A stretch of DNA of 35,316 nucleotides from a virus (lineage: Duplodnaviria; Caudoviricetes): positions 1 through 35,316 of IMG/VR virus record IMGVR_UViG_3300022178_005428. One strand, written 5' to 3'. Within the stretch, counting starts at the first letter, position 1. Every line of letters begins with the position of its first letter. The notes under the pieces are model-generated. The model was given only the letters and a program-made list of their open reading frames with translations. It had not been told where the DNA came from and did no database searches. Made by a program: the position numbers and the translations under genes. This document shows, piece after piece, positions 10,129-19,809 of this stretch.

Positions 10129-11426
10129 TGAAACCAATGTTTATAGTAAGCTGTCCTATTGATACGTACAGCGGTTATGGAGCTCGAGCTAGAGACTTTG
10201 TAAAAGCCCTTATTGAATTAGATGAATATGATGTTAAAGTTTTACCTCAAAGGTGGGGAGAAACCCCATGGGGGTTTATTGAAGCCCACTCCGAATGGCA
10301 TTTCCTTACTCCCCATCTTCTCCCTGTAGGTAATCAACTTCCAAAACAACCCGAAATTTGGTGTCAAATAACTATCCCAAATGAATTCCAACCAGTAGGT
10401 AAATTTAATATCGGATTAACCGCTGGCATTGAAACTACGGGATGTCACCCTACATGGATAGAAGGATGTAATCGAATGGATTTAATTCTAGGCTCATCTA
10501 CTCACAGTATTGAAGTATTAAAAACAATTAAATTTGAACAACGTAACCAACAGACTAATGAAGTAATGGGTCAATATGGCTTACAAAAACCTATTGAAGT
10601 ATTAATTGAAGGTGCTGATTTAGAAACCTACCAACCTAAAAAATCTAACTTTGATTTAGATCAGGTTGAGGAAGAATTCGCTTACTTATTTGTAGGACAT
10701 TGGATGCAAGGTAACATAGGAGAAGATAGAAAAAATGTAGGACTATTAGTTAGGTTATTCTTCGAGGCATTTAAAAATAAAAAGAAAACCCCTGCTTTAA
10801 TCTTAAAAACTACAGCTGTAGGAACCTCCTATATGGATCGAAATGAAATTCTTAATAGAATAGACATGATCCGTAATTCAGTAGAGGATGCTCGCACTCT
10901 ACCTAATATATATCTTCTACAGGGTGAATTTACTAATGAGGAAGTAAATGATTTATATACTCATAATAAAGTAAAGGCTATGGTTAACCTAACTAAGGGT
11001 GAAGGGTTTGGTCGTCCCCTTTTAGAATTTAGTTTAAGCAAAAAACCTATCATCACTACTAACTGGTCGGGGCATACCGATTTCCTCTCAAATGAATTTA
11101 CATCCCTCCTCCCAGGCAAATTAACAAATATTCACCCTAGTGCGGTTGCTAAAGATATTATTATGGAGGAGTTTCAATGGTTTAGTGTAGACAATAACGC
11201 TGTAATTCTAGCTCTTAGGGATGTATTTACTAATTATAAAAATTATAAAGAAAAAGCAACTCGACAGGCATATAAGAGTCGTACTGACTTTAGTTATGAG
11301 AAAATGGTAGAACAATTAAAAGGTTATTTAGGCCAATATGTTCCTGAATTTCCTAAAGAAGTCAAATTAGAACTTCCTAAATTAAATTTACCTAAACTTA
11401 AAAAAATAGAAAATGATAAAGGATAA
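10128..11426 (+). CDS. glycosyltransferase, GT-B fold (GT4-like)
   Basis: SGYG, FVGHW, RKNV and GEGFGRPLLE (EX7E), PIITTNWSG. Confidence 0.9.
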   Translation: MKPMFIVSCPIDTYSGYGARARDFVKALIELDEYDVKVLPQRWGETPWGFIEAHSEWHFLTPHLLPVGNQLPKQPEIWCQITIPNEFQPVGKFNIGLTAGIETTGCHPTWIEGCNRMDLILGSSTHSIEVLKTIKFEQRNQQTNEVMGQYGLQKPIEVLIEGADLETYQPKKSNFDLDQVEEEFAYLFVGHWMQGNIGEDRKNVGLLVRLFFEAFKNKKKTPALILKTTAVGTSYMDRNEILNRIDMIRNSVEDARTLPNIYLLQGEFTNEEVNDLYTHNKVKAMVNLTKGEGFGRPLLEFSLSKKPIITTNWSGHTDFLSNEFTSLLPGKLTNIHPSAVAKDIIMEEFQWFSVDNNAVILALRDVFTNYKNYKEKATRQAYKSRTDFSYEKMVEQLKGYLGQYVPEFPKEVKLELPKLNLPKLKKIENDKG

Positions 11427-11862
11427 ATTAGAAATATGTTCACGTTGCGGGAGTGATGCTTGCTACGAGAATAATTTAGGGGCCGATTATAAAGTTTACA
11501 TGTGTTATGGGTGTGGTTTTACTACTAATACTTTAATGACTGAAGATAGTGAATTTTTAGAGGAACAACTAGAAGTATTACCTGAACTTTATAAGGATTT
11601 AGTTTACGTAGATGATGATGGATTAAATTGGATCCCATCTACCGTAAGCCTTCCTGAAAAAGGAATGATTTTTATAAATGGTAAGTCATCTGAGGGATGG
11701 GAATGGTCGTCATGCCCCGCTAAAGAACTTACAGAAGAAGAACTGTCCAAATTTCCTGAAGGAACTACCCATAAAATGGACATGGGAAATGTAAAACTTT
11801 TCAATGAGCGTGATTTTATTGGAGCTATGGATTATATTGGACTGTTCACTAACCCCGAATAA
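11413..11862 (+). CDS. zinc-ribbon domain protein
   Basis: CSRC and CYGC pairs at the N-terminus. Confidence 0.6.
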   Translation: MIKDKLEICSRCGSDACYENNLGADYKVYMCYGCGFTTNTLMTEDSEFLEEQLEVLPELYKDLVYVDDDGLNWIPSTVSLPEKGMIFINGKSSEGWEWSSCPAKELTEEELSKFPEGTTHKMDMGNVKLFNERDFIGAMDYIGLFTNPE

Positions 11863-12485
11863 TGACACTAAGCTACGCTATACCAGTATGTAATGAATGG
11901 ATACAATTAGAATATCTATTAAACTATCTATTCAAAAATAAACGAAATCAAGATGAAGTTGTAGTACAATGTGACAAAGGGAATACCACATCTTCAGTTT
12001 ATCAAGTACTCAAACAATTCTCAGATTATAAACAACTTAAAGTAATTGAATTTCCTTTAAATAAAGATTTTGCTTCATTTAAAAATAATCTTAAAGACGC
12101 TTGTAATGGAGATTACATCTTTCAAATAGATGCCGATGAATATCCTGACGACTACTTAATGGCTACTGTTGAAGAGGTTATTAAAATGAATGACAGTGTA
12201 GACATATTTTGGGTGCCACGAATTAATAAAGTAAATGGATTAACCCAAGAACATATTGATAAATGGAGATGGAATGTAACCCCTGATGGCCGAGTTAACT
12301 TCCCAGATTACCAATGCCGTATCCTTAAAAATGTTAAACGTATTAAATGGGAAAATAAAGTTCATGAGGTACTTACAGGTCATAAATCCGAATCTCACCT
12401 CCCAGTTAATGATGAATATTGTTTAATCCACCTTAAGGATATCAAACGTCAAGAAAAACAAAACGAATTATATAGTAAGATATGA
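11862..12485 (+). CDS. glycosyltransferase family 2
   Basis: LSYAIPVCNE, IFQIDADE (DXD), VHE. Confidence 0.9.
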   Translation: MTLSYAIPVCNEWIQLEYLLNYLFKNKRNQDEVVVQCDKGNTTSSVYQVLKQFSDYKQLKVIEFPLNKDFASFKNNLKDACNGDYIFQIDADEYPDDYLMATVEEVIKMNDSVDIFWVPRINKVNGLTQEHIDKWRWNVTPDGRVNFPDYQCRILKNVKRIKWENKVHEVLTGHKSESHLPVNDEYCLIHLKDIKRQEKQNELYSKI

Positions 12486-13120
12486 AAAACGTATATGACA
12501 TTACTGATGAATTTGAACAACAATTAGCAAACTATACAGGAGCTAAATATGTTGTAACCGTAGATAATATGAGTAACGGTTTATTCCTTGCTTTATACTA
12601 TGAGAACCATGTTAAAAAAAGCATTGCTGGTAAAGTAAGCATCCCTTGCAGAACCTACCCTTCAGTACCGTGTGAAATTATCCATGCGGGTTTAAAAGTA
12701 GAATGGGAAGAGGTTGAAGGAAAGACACTAACAGGAGCTTACCAACTAAAGGGATCTAATGTATGGGACTCCGCTCTAACATTTACCGCAGACATGTACA
12801 AACCTAAAACACATATGTGCATTTCATTTACAGGTCCCTATAAACATTTTAAACTGTCTAAAGGAGGGGCTATATTAACCGATAATCACGAAGCATATTT
12901 ATGGTTTAAACGTGCCCGATACTCAGGTAGACGTGAGTGTTCCTATCATGATGATAATTTAGATATGTTAGGTTGGAATTTTTATATGATGCCCGAATTA
13001 GCAGCTCGAGGTTTATTATTAATGGGTCAGTTCTACAATATGGATGGTACTAAAAAACATAATGAAGACTTAAAATTACCATACCCAGATTTGTCTAAGT
13101 TTAAAATTTATAACAAATGA
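12482..13120 (+). CDS. DegT/DnrJ/EryC1/StrS-family PLP aminotransferase (unusually short)
   Basis: FEQQLANYTGAKY, WDSA, SFTGPYK...GGAILT with the catalytic Lys, GWNFYM. Confidence 0.85.
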   Translation: MKNVYDITDEFEQQLANYTGAKYVVTVDNMSNGLFLALYYENHVKKSIAGKVSIPCRTYPSVPCEIIHAGLKVEWEEVEGKTLTGAYQLKGSNVWDSALTFTADMYKPKTHMCISFTGPYKHFKLSKGGAILTDNHEAYLWFKRARYSGRRECSYHDDNLDMLGWNFYMMPELAARGLLLMGQFYNMDGTKKHNEDLKLPYPDLSKFKIYNK

Positions 13121-13785
13121 AAAATAATATAGTTTTAATAGGTGGGGGGAATCAGGCACATTACACTATTGATATTATTCACAAAGAAAATAAGTATAAT
13201 ATTGTAGGTATTATAGATTCAATTCATGAAGTTGGGAGTGATAGGTTTGGTTATAAAGTTTTAGGCCGACAAGAAAACTTAAAAGACATAATAGAAAAAT
13301 ATAACATACATGGCGGAATTATATCTATAGGTGATAATTGGATAAGACACTTAGTATCCCACCAGATAAAAAATTTAATACCTTCTTTTGTATTTGTAAA
13401 CGCACTCCACCCTTCAGTGATAATAGGTGAAAATGTAGAAATCGGTGAAGGTATAGTTATGATGGCGGGATGTATAATCAACCCCAAAGCTAAAATAGGT
13501 AACTTTACTTTTTTTGCTACGGGGGCACAAGTGGAACATGATTGTAACATTGGTGATTACTCTAGCATATCTGCGGGTTCTGTAACGGGTGGTTACGTAA
13601 CTTTAGGAAAATACTCTGCAATTACTTTAGGTGTTACTGTATTAGATAGATTAAATATAGGTGAAAACACGGTAGTGGGTGCCGGGAGTTTAGTTTTAAA
13701 AAACTTACCCAACGATGTATTAGCATATGGTAACCCTTGTAAAATAATTAGGAAAAGAGAAGAAAAAGAAAAATTTTTAAAATGA
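13117..13785 (+). CDS. NeuD/PglD-type sugar acetyltransferase (left-handed beta helix)
   Basis: LIGGG Rossmann start, SIGDNWIR, HPS, VEHD, hexapeptide repeats, GNPCK. Confidence 0.9.
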   Translation: MKNNIVLIGGGNQAHYTIDIIHKENKYNIVGIIDSIHEVGSDRFGYKVLGRQENLKDIIEKYNIHGGIISIGDNWIRHLVSHQIKNLIPSFVFVNALHPSVIIGENVEIGEGIVMMAGCIINPKAKIGNFTFFATGAQVEHDCNIGDYSSISAGSVTGGYVTLGKYSAITLGVTVLDRLNIGENTVVGAGSLVLKNLPNDVLAYGNPCKIIRKREEKEKFLK

Positions 13786-14558
13786 AAAAACAAAATATTT
13801 TTGAATTAAAAACAAAAGGTTATACCATTTTAAGAAAATGGGTTTCTAAAGAATGGTTAAAAAAAATAAATGAAGTTTTACCAAAATCATTCAAAGAACA
13901 TAAAAAAATTAGACAAAATAATAATAATGGTATAACGTCCGATGGTGTTGCTATGAATGTACTAGCTAGTGATGATATATTTATAGATTTTCTGCAAGAA
14001 ATGATAGATAGGGGTTTAATTGGATCTTTAGAAAAAAATTATTTTGGTGGGAAATGTATATTAAATTCCTTTTCTGCCCTAAGTAATATAAAATCCGAAT
14101 CTGACTTATTTTACAAAAAAGTACATAGAGATATAAGAGGCTACTCAGATAAAATTCCTTTATTGTTAAATGCTTTAGTTATGGTAGATGATTTTACTAT
14201 TGAAAACGGTGGTACTTTATTATTACCCTACTCACATTTAATAGAAGAAAAACCAACAAAAAAGTTCTGGGAAGATAACTGTGTACCCATGACAGGTAGT
14301 CCGGGGGATATAATTTTATGGAACTCTAACATATTTCACGCATCAGGAATAAATAAAACAACACAAATTAGAAGGGCTTTACCAATAACCTTTTCATTAC
14401 CATATTATAAACAACTTTTAGATTATCCTAGAGCTTTAGGATATAGAAGGAAAGAAGAATTTCCTGAAAAAACACAACAAATATTAGGATATCACTCAAG
14501 AGTCCCCTCATCAATAAACGAATGGTATTTACCTACAAGTAAAATAACTTATAAATAA
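13782..14558 (+). CDS. PhyH-family Fe(II)/2-oxoglutarate dioxygenase
   Basis: HRD, DDFTIENGGT.LLPYSH, GDIILW...FH.SG.N.T..IRR. Confidence 0.9.
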   Translation: MKKQNIFELKTKGYTILRKWVSKEWLKKINEVLPKSFKEHKKIRQNNNNGITSDGVAMNVLASDDIFIDFLQEMIDRGLIGSLEKNYFGGKCILNSFSALSNIKSESDLFYKKVHRDIRGYSDKIPLLLNALVMVDDFTIENGGTLLLPYSHLIEEKPTKKFWEDNCVPMTGSPGDIILWNSNIFHASGINKTTQIRRALPITFSLPYYKQLLDYPRALGYRRKEEFPEKTQQILGYHSRVPSSINEWYLPTSKITYK

Positions 14559-15268
14559 TGAAATTAGGAATATTAATAGCTACCTATCAAAAATCTGATG
14601 GTTCAACACCTTTTTTACTTAAAAGAGCAATTGAAAGTATTAAAAATCAATCTCATCAAGATTTCACATTAATTATTATTGGAGATAAGTACGAGGATAA
14701 TGATGAATTTGAAAGCATATGTAATGATAAAGATCTAGAAGGTAAAATCCTTTATAAAAATTTACCTTATGCTAAAGAAAGGGAAAAATACTCTATAGAT
14801 AGTAGAGAATTATGGAGTTCAGGAGGGGTAAATGCTCGCAATATAGGTGTTGATGTTGGTTTAAATCTAGGATTAGAATACCTTTGCCATTTAGACCATG
14901 ATGATTATTGGCACCCTCAACACTTAGAAGTAATTAACCATGCTATTGAAACTACTCAAGATGCTTCATTTATTTGTACCTGTTCTACTTACTTTAATTC
15001 ACATAGGCCTCAAGTTAAGCTTACCAATGAAATTATCCCACTAGAGGTAAAGCCAGGAGAACAAATACACTCTTCAGTCTGTATAAATCATAAATTAATC
15101 CCTTTAAAGTATCGAGATGTATACGAAGAAACAGGAAAAGAGTATGCGGCAGATGCCGATATGTGGGAGAGGGTAGGAGAATATGTAAAACAAAATAATT
15201 TAAAAACCTATTTAATAACATCTTTAACGTGCTTCCACCCAACAGAAGGAATAAATTTAAAAAACTAA
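14558..15268 (+). CDS. glycosyltransferase family 2
   Basis: ILIATY, RAIESIKNQS, ARN.G, LDHDD.W, D.DMW.R. Confidence 0.9.
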   Translation: MKLGILIATYQKSDGSTPFLLKRAIESIKNQSHQDFTLIIIGDKYEDNDEFESICNDKDLEGKILYKNLPYAKEREKYSIDSRELWSSGGVNARNIGVDVGLNLGLEYLCHLDHDDYWHPQHLEVINHAIETTQDASFICTCSTYFNSHRPQVKLTNEIIPLEVKPGEQIHSSVCINHKLIPLKYRDVYEETGKEYAADADMWERVGEYVKQNNLKTYLITSLTCFHPTEGINLKN

Positions 15269-15270
15269 AA

Positions 15271-15972
15271 ATGATAAAACATGTTTGTGTATTTTTTATA
15301 TATAATAATATAGAACATATAATTAAAAGTTTTGAAAGCATTCAAAAACCAAATATAGATTACTTTATTATTGAAAATAAAAGTGAAAATAGTAATCAAA
15401 TTCAAGAATATTTTTCTACTAAAAATTTAAAGGGATATATTCAATTTAAAGAAAATATTACTAATAATGCTATAGAAATATTTTTAAAAGATTATAAAGA
15501 ATTATTACTAAAATATGATTACATTACTATTACTGATGGAGATCTAGAAGTAGAGGACATTGATTCTACCTTTAAAGAAATAATTAAAAATCTGAATTTA
15601 GAAAATATAGGAGTTTCTTGTGTGGATTTGACCCTAGATAATTTCCCGTATCACATTCCTAACTCAAATACTTGGTTACCCTCTAACTGTATTACTACTA
15701 AAGAATATATTGAATGCTCTACGGGAGGACATCTAATGACTTTAAAAAAAGAAAACATAGAATTATTCTACAGCGGAAAGTTTATAGATAGCGCGATCGC
15801 CTCCAGAACCAAATCCCAGAATTTAAAATGGGTTAAAACTAAATTAAACAAAGCCTACCATTTAACATGGGATTTATATGTTAAAGGAAACCCCTATTAT
15901 GAGTTTAAAATTCAAAATATAGACCACATTTGGAATCACTCAAGTATTAGCCCTTATTTAAAAATAATATGA
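15271..15972 (+). CDS. putative GT-A fold glycosyltransferase; likely start is the ATG at 15271
   Basis: IIENKS, ITDGD (DXD), AYHLTWD; lies inside the glycosylation island. Confidence 0.55.
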   Translation: MIKHVCVFFIYNNIEHIIKSFESIQKPNIDYFIIENKSENSNQIQEYFSTKNLKGYIQFKENITNNAIEIFLKDYKELLLKYDYITITDGDLEVEDIDSTFKEIIKNLNLENIGVSCVDLTLDNFPYHIPNSNTWLPSNCITTKEYIECSTGGHLMTLKKENIELFYSGKFIDSAIASRTKSQNLKWVKTKLNKAYHLTWDLYVKGNPYYEFKIQNIDHIWNHSSISPYLKII

Positions 15973-16658
15973 AAATAATCTATAGAATATCAGATACCGG
16001 TTATAACAAAATCAAACCTAACTATATAGGTAATGAACAATGTCTAAAAAATGCTACTGAAGTATTTAAGAACGTTAATTGGTTAGTTATAGCAGATAAC
16101 ATTTCTAAAGAGACGGAAAATATGGTTCGTAAGTATGTTGCTGAGGATTGTATTGAGTATGTTTCTAGGGGTCATGGGGCAGGTACTTTCAATTTAGCAT
16201 TAGATGAAGCATTAAAATACGATGATAATGAAATAGTTTATTTTATTGAGAATGATTATTTACACAAACCCGAATCACAAAAAGTATTAGAAGAAGGATT
16301 TAATTTAGGAGCCTCATTCGTAGCATTGTACGACCACCCAGACAAGTATTTAGATCCTTCTGAAGGAGGTAACCCATATTGTGTTGGAGGTGCAGAAGAT
16401 ACTAGAGTTTATTTAACTGACTCTTGCCATTGGAAAATTACCAATTCAACAACAATGACTTTTGCTGCTAAAGTATCAACTTTAAAACGGGTTGAACCCC
16501 TACTCCGTAAACATACCAACACTTCTCATCCTAATGATTTTCAAATGTTCTTAGAACTTAGATCTAACGATGAATTATTACTAACCCCTCTCCCGGGCTA
16601 TGCTACACATGGAGAGACCGCTTGGCTATCACCCTTAACAAATTGGAATAAAATATGA
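15969..16658 (+). CDS. putative GT-A fold glycosyltransferase
   Basis: VIADN, VYFIENDYLH, PGYATH; lies inside the glycosylation island. Confidence 0.65.
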   Translation: MKIIYRISDTGYNKIKPNYIGNEQCLKNATEVFKNVNWLVIADNISKETENMVRKYVAEDCIEYVSRGHGAGTFNLALDEALKYDDNEIVYFIENDYLHKPESQKVLEEGFNLGASFVALYDHPDKYLDPSEGGNPYCVGGAEDTRVYLTDSCHWKITNSTTMTFAAKVSTLKRVEPLLRKHTNTSHPNDFQMFLELRSNDELLLTPLPGYATHGETAWLSPLTNWNKI

Positions 16659-17419
16659 TTTCAGTAATTATACCTACTTACAAAGAACCCAAATATCTAG
16701 ACCTATGCCTCAAGTCTATATTTGAAGGTCAAGATAATGCAAATGAAGTTATTGTTGTAGTTGATGGATTTTATGAGTTAAACAAACCCACACTAGACAA
16801 ATATCCAGACGTAAATGTACTCGATTTAGGGGACAATCAAGGCTTATCAGTAGCTACAAATTGGGGGGTTTATAATGCTACTAATGATTACATTTTAGTA
16901 GTAAATGATGACAATGTATTTCCTAAACACTGGGATACTAAATTAGAACCCCATCTACGTAAAGGCAGAGTAGTATCCCCAAATCAAATTGAACCTTCAC
17001 CTTCAATGTTTAAACAATTCCATATCAAGAATTTAGGTGAAACTGTAGAAGAGTTTGATTTATATAAATTTTGGGAATATGAGGAAACATTGTCTAAGAA
17101 TCCTGATGCATCGGGTTCAACCCTCCCATTTGCTATGTATAAGTATGATTACTTGGCAGTTGGGGGTTGGGATATAATGTACCCTTCACCTCATGTTGTT
17201 GATTGGGATTTCTTCTTGAAATGTGAATACTTCGGATTGGAAATGCTCCGTGTATATAAACACTTTTACCACTTTGCCAGTATATCAACTCGCAAAACCC
17301 CCGAACAAAACCTTCAATCAAATCAAAAAGAACAATTAGCACATCAATTCTTTACTAATAAATGGGGGAAACCAGCTCAGCACAATCCTCAAAATAATTC
17401 AAAGTTATTAGATTTTTAG
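16655..17419 (+). CDS. glycosyltransferase family 2
   Basis: ISVIIPTY, VVDG, N.GLS.ATN.G, VNDD, VGGWD, D.DF. Confidence 0.92.
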   Translation: MISVIIPTYKEPKYLDLCLKSIFEGQDNANEVIVVVDGFYELNKPTLDKYPDVNVLDLGDNQGLSVATNWGVYNATNDYILVVNDDNVFPKHWDTKLEPHLRKGRVVSPNQIEPSPSMFKQFHIKNLGETVEEFDLYKFWEYEETLSKNPDASGSTLPFAMYKYDYLAVGGWDIMYPSPHVVDWDFFLKCEYFGLEMLRVYKHFYHFASISTRKTPEQNLQSNQKEQLAHQFFTNKWGKPAQHNPQNNSKLLDF

Positions 17420-17431
17420 ATATTTATAAAC

Positions 17432-17779
17432 ATGGGACGGAAGAAAAAAACACGAGAAATCCTTACACTAGAGATTCTCTATGATGAAAAGGAAGAATTA
17501 GACGAACTTATTGGAAGTCAAGATTTCCATCAATTATTACTAGATGAAGCCGTTAAAGTAATAGAAGAATCTATAAAAAATAAACAAAAAGAAGTTAAAT
17601 TATTTTCAATCTCTAATTTAGATTGCTTTGTTATTTTAGAGAAATCTAACTTTCCTAAAGTATTAAGTAAAGCTATAGAATTTTATGAGGGGAGAGAAGA
17701 TTATGATAAGTGTGCTGAATTAGTTAAATTAAAAAAAAAGGTTAATGAAACAAAGAAAGGAAATAAAAGAAGTACTTGA
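17432..17779 (+). CDS. hypothetical protein with a C-terminal UVR-like motif
   Basis: AIEFYEGREDYDKCAELVKL; ATATTTAT 4 nt upstream. Confidence 0.65.
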   Translation: MGRKKKTREILTLEILYDEKEELDELIGSQDFHQLLLDEAVKVIEESIKNKQKEVKLFSISNLDCFVILEKSNFPKVLSKAIEFYEGREDYDKCAELVKLKKKVNETKKGNKRST

Positions 17780-18152
17780 AAAAATCTTAGGATCCACCCT
17801 TACTACCCATTCAGAAAATCTAAGTGAAGAGGATAAACTAAAAGAAGAATTTCTAAAAACAATAGACCTATTTGAGGAAGTTTGGAAACGCCAAGATAAA
17901 TTAGACATAGAACTAGGGATTGACTTTGGTACTTATGATGATAAGTTTTTTAAAATCATAGAAGGTTTTATATACTTTAGTTTTGACCCTGTAGCTGCTG
18001 GAGCAATCTTATTTTATGTTTACTCCAGATACGATATGGAAGGAAATCTTATACCTTTTATAGATGATGAGGGTGAAGAATACCTAATGGCTAATGCCGA
18101 TGATTTATGGGAATATTTGTTAGATCTTACAGACAAATTAATGAGCACATAA
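17745..18152 (+). CDS. hypothetical acidic protein
   Basis: 135 aa ORF in an operon-like arrangement. Confidence 0.7.
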   Translation: MKQRKEIKEVLEKILGSTLTTHSENLSEEDKLKEEFLKTIDLFEEVWKRQDKLDIELGIDFGTYDDKFFKIIEGFIYFSFDPVAAGAILFYVYSRYDMEGNLIPFIDDEGEEYLMANADDLWEYLLDLTDKLMST

Positions 18153-18156
18153 CCAC

Positions 18157-18789
18157 ATGCCTAAAGCGAAGCCATTAAGTAAACAGCAGATTCTAGGCGC
18201 TGTAAACAAGACTAAATCGAACCGTGCGGCGTCAAGGTACCTAGGTGTTTCCTACATCCATTATAAAAAATGGGCTAAAAATTATGATGCCACTGAAGAA
18301 GGACATGAAAATTTATTTGAACAACATAAAAACCAATCAGGTAAGGGCATACCTAAATTTTTAAATGGTGGTAAGAAAACACCTGCTATAGTAGATATTA
18401 TAGAAGGTAGAATTGACCCATCTCATTTTGATGCTTCTAAAATTAGAGATAAACTAATTGCTGAGGGGTATTTAGATGAATGTTGTAGCCATTGTAACTT
18501 TAATGAACGAAGAGTATTAGATTATAAAGTACCTCTTATAATGCACTTCCAAGATAAAAATAAAAAAAATTATAAATTGGATAATGTAGAATTACTTTGT
18601 TATAATTGTTATTTCCTCCAAGTAGGGAACATATTTAATGACGTACAAATCCAAGGAATGGAAGAACATAAAACACCAAACGAAAGTAAGGTGGATTGGA
18701 AGATTGATAACTACCATATGCAACGTTTAAAAGAACTTGGGTTAGAAGATAGTGATGAAGATGAACTTGATTTAATTTCTAGAATATAA
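18157..18789 (+). CDS. HTH + HNH-fold zinc-binding protein with a degenerate nuclease site
   Basis: AASRYLGVSY helix-turn-helix, CSHC and LDNVELLCYNC; aligns with the HNH ORF at 21253. Confidence 0.7.
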   Translation: MPKAKPLSKQQILGAVNKTKSNRAASRYLGVSYIHYKKWAKNYDATEEGHENLFEQHKNQSGKGIPKFLNGGKKTPAIVDIIEGRIDPSHFDASKIRDKLIAEGYLDECCSHCNFNERRVLDYKVPLIMHFQDKNKKNYKLDNVELLCYNCYFLQVGNIFNDVQIQGMEEHKTPNESKVDWKIDNYHMQRLKELGLEDSDEDELDLISRI

Positions 18790-18794
18790 AAGAT

Positions 18795-19043
18795 ATGAAC
18801 ACAGTTTTAGTAAATAAGATATTTGAAGCAGTCACTACGGACAAACATAAAATATTAATGAGTAAAGAGGTAGTAAACTCAATAAAACATAATAAAATAT
18901 GTAAAGTTCACCTATTTGGTGATGTATACCTTGAAACTAGAAAAGAAGATTATAAGGAGATAATACAAAACTATCTCCCAATTTTATTAGATAAAGAGGA
19001 ATATGAAATTTGTAATGAATTAAAATCCTTAAAACTAATATGA
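18795..19043 (+). CDS. hypothetical protein with a C-terminal UVR-like motif
   Basis: LLDKEEYEICNELKSL. Confidence 0.6.
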   Translation: MNTVLVNKIFEAVTTDKHKILMSKEVVNSIKHNKICKVHLFGDVYLETRKEDYKEIIQNYLPILLDKEEYEICNELKSLKLI

Positions 19044-19059
19044 AAAAAAATAAAATAAA

Positions 19060-19638
19060 ATGGACAATTTCGATTTAAAAAAATATTTAGCTGAAGGCCG
19101 TTTATTTGAAGAGGATAATATTGATATTTCTGTTTTAGATAAATTAGATGATGAAATTAAAAAGGCATTAGAAGCTGCCTCTAAGGAAGAAGCCCCTACA
19201 AATGAAATAGTAGGACTTACTACAGTAGCTTTAGTTATCGCAATACCGGGCATTGTAAATGCTATAACCAAAGTTATAAAAGTTTTAGCTCAAAAATCGG
19301 GTATTCAATTAAAAAAAGAAGATCCTAAATGGTATGAAGTTTTAGAAAAAGTAACAGATAAAATAGATGATTATTTAGATACACCATTTAATTTTATATT
19401 AAAACCTTTTGTTAAAGACTCAATTAAAAGAGCAAAATATGCTAAAATATTAAAAGCAGTAACTTTAACCTTAATGTCTATATCTGCCCTAGCAGATCCT
19501 TCTAAAATTAAAGATACAACCTCATTAATTAAAAGTTTAGCCCCTGATATAGGTGGAGAGTTAATACAAGCTATTGGTGAAAAAAATGCTTCTAAAATCG
19601 GACAATTATTGAAAGTAGCTTTTAATAATTTAAAATAA
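19060..19638 (+). CDS. hypothetical protein with MDNFDLKKYLAE leader and hydrophobic helix (possible internal head/ejection protein)
   Basis: First 18 aa identical to ORF 31191; hydrophobic stretch IVGLTTVALVIAIPGIV. Confidence 0.65.
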   Translation: MDNFDLKKYLAEGRLFEEDNIDISVLDKLDDEIKKALEAASKEEAPTNEIVGLTTVALVIAIPGIVNAITKVIKVLAQKSGIQLKKEDPKWYEVLEKVTDKIDDYLDTPFNFILKPFVKDSIKRAKYAKILKAVTLTLMSISALADPSKIKDTTSLIKSLAPDIGGELIQAIGEKNASKIGQLLKVAFNNLK

Positions 19639-19649
19639 ATAAAATTGAT

Positions 19650-19808
19650 ATGAAAAAGAAACGCAAACATCAAAAATTAGTAACTGATTACGAGAATCAA
19701 AAAAGCAAACATCTCGAAAAGTTAGCTAACTCCATGTTGGAGAACGATGAAAAGATGCGTAAATTTAAGGATAAATTAATAGACGATAAATTTCTAGATC
19801 TATTTTAA
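19650..19808 (+). CDS. small hypothetical protein (52 aa)
   Basis: MKKKRKHQKLVTDYENQKSKHLEKLANSMLENDEKMRKFKDKLIDDKFLDLF fills the gap between ORFs; below the ORF-track cut-off. Confidence 0.65.
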   Translation: MKKKRKHQKLVTDYENQKSKHLEKLANSMLENDEKMRKFKDKLIDDKFLDLF

Positions 19809-19809
19809 A

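Noticed and set aside
13782-14558. Dioxygenase as a TET/JBP DNA-base hydroxylase coupled to the glycosyltransferases
   Set aside because: Its motifs fit the PhyH family rather than TET/JBP, and there is no adjacent DNA methyltransferase, so DNA hypermodification is not supported by the sequence alone.
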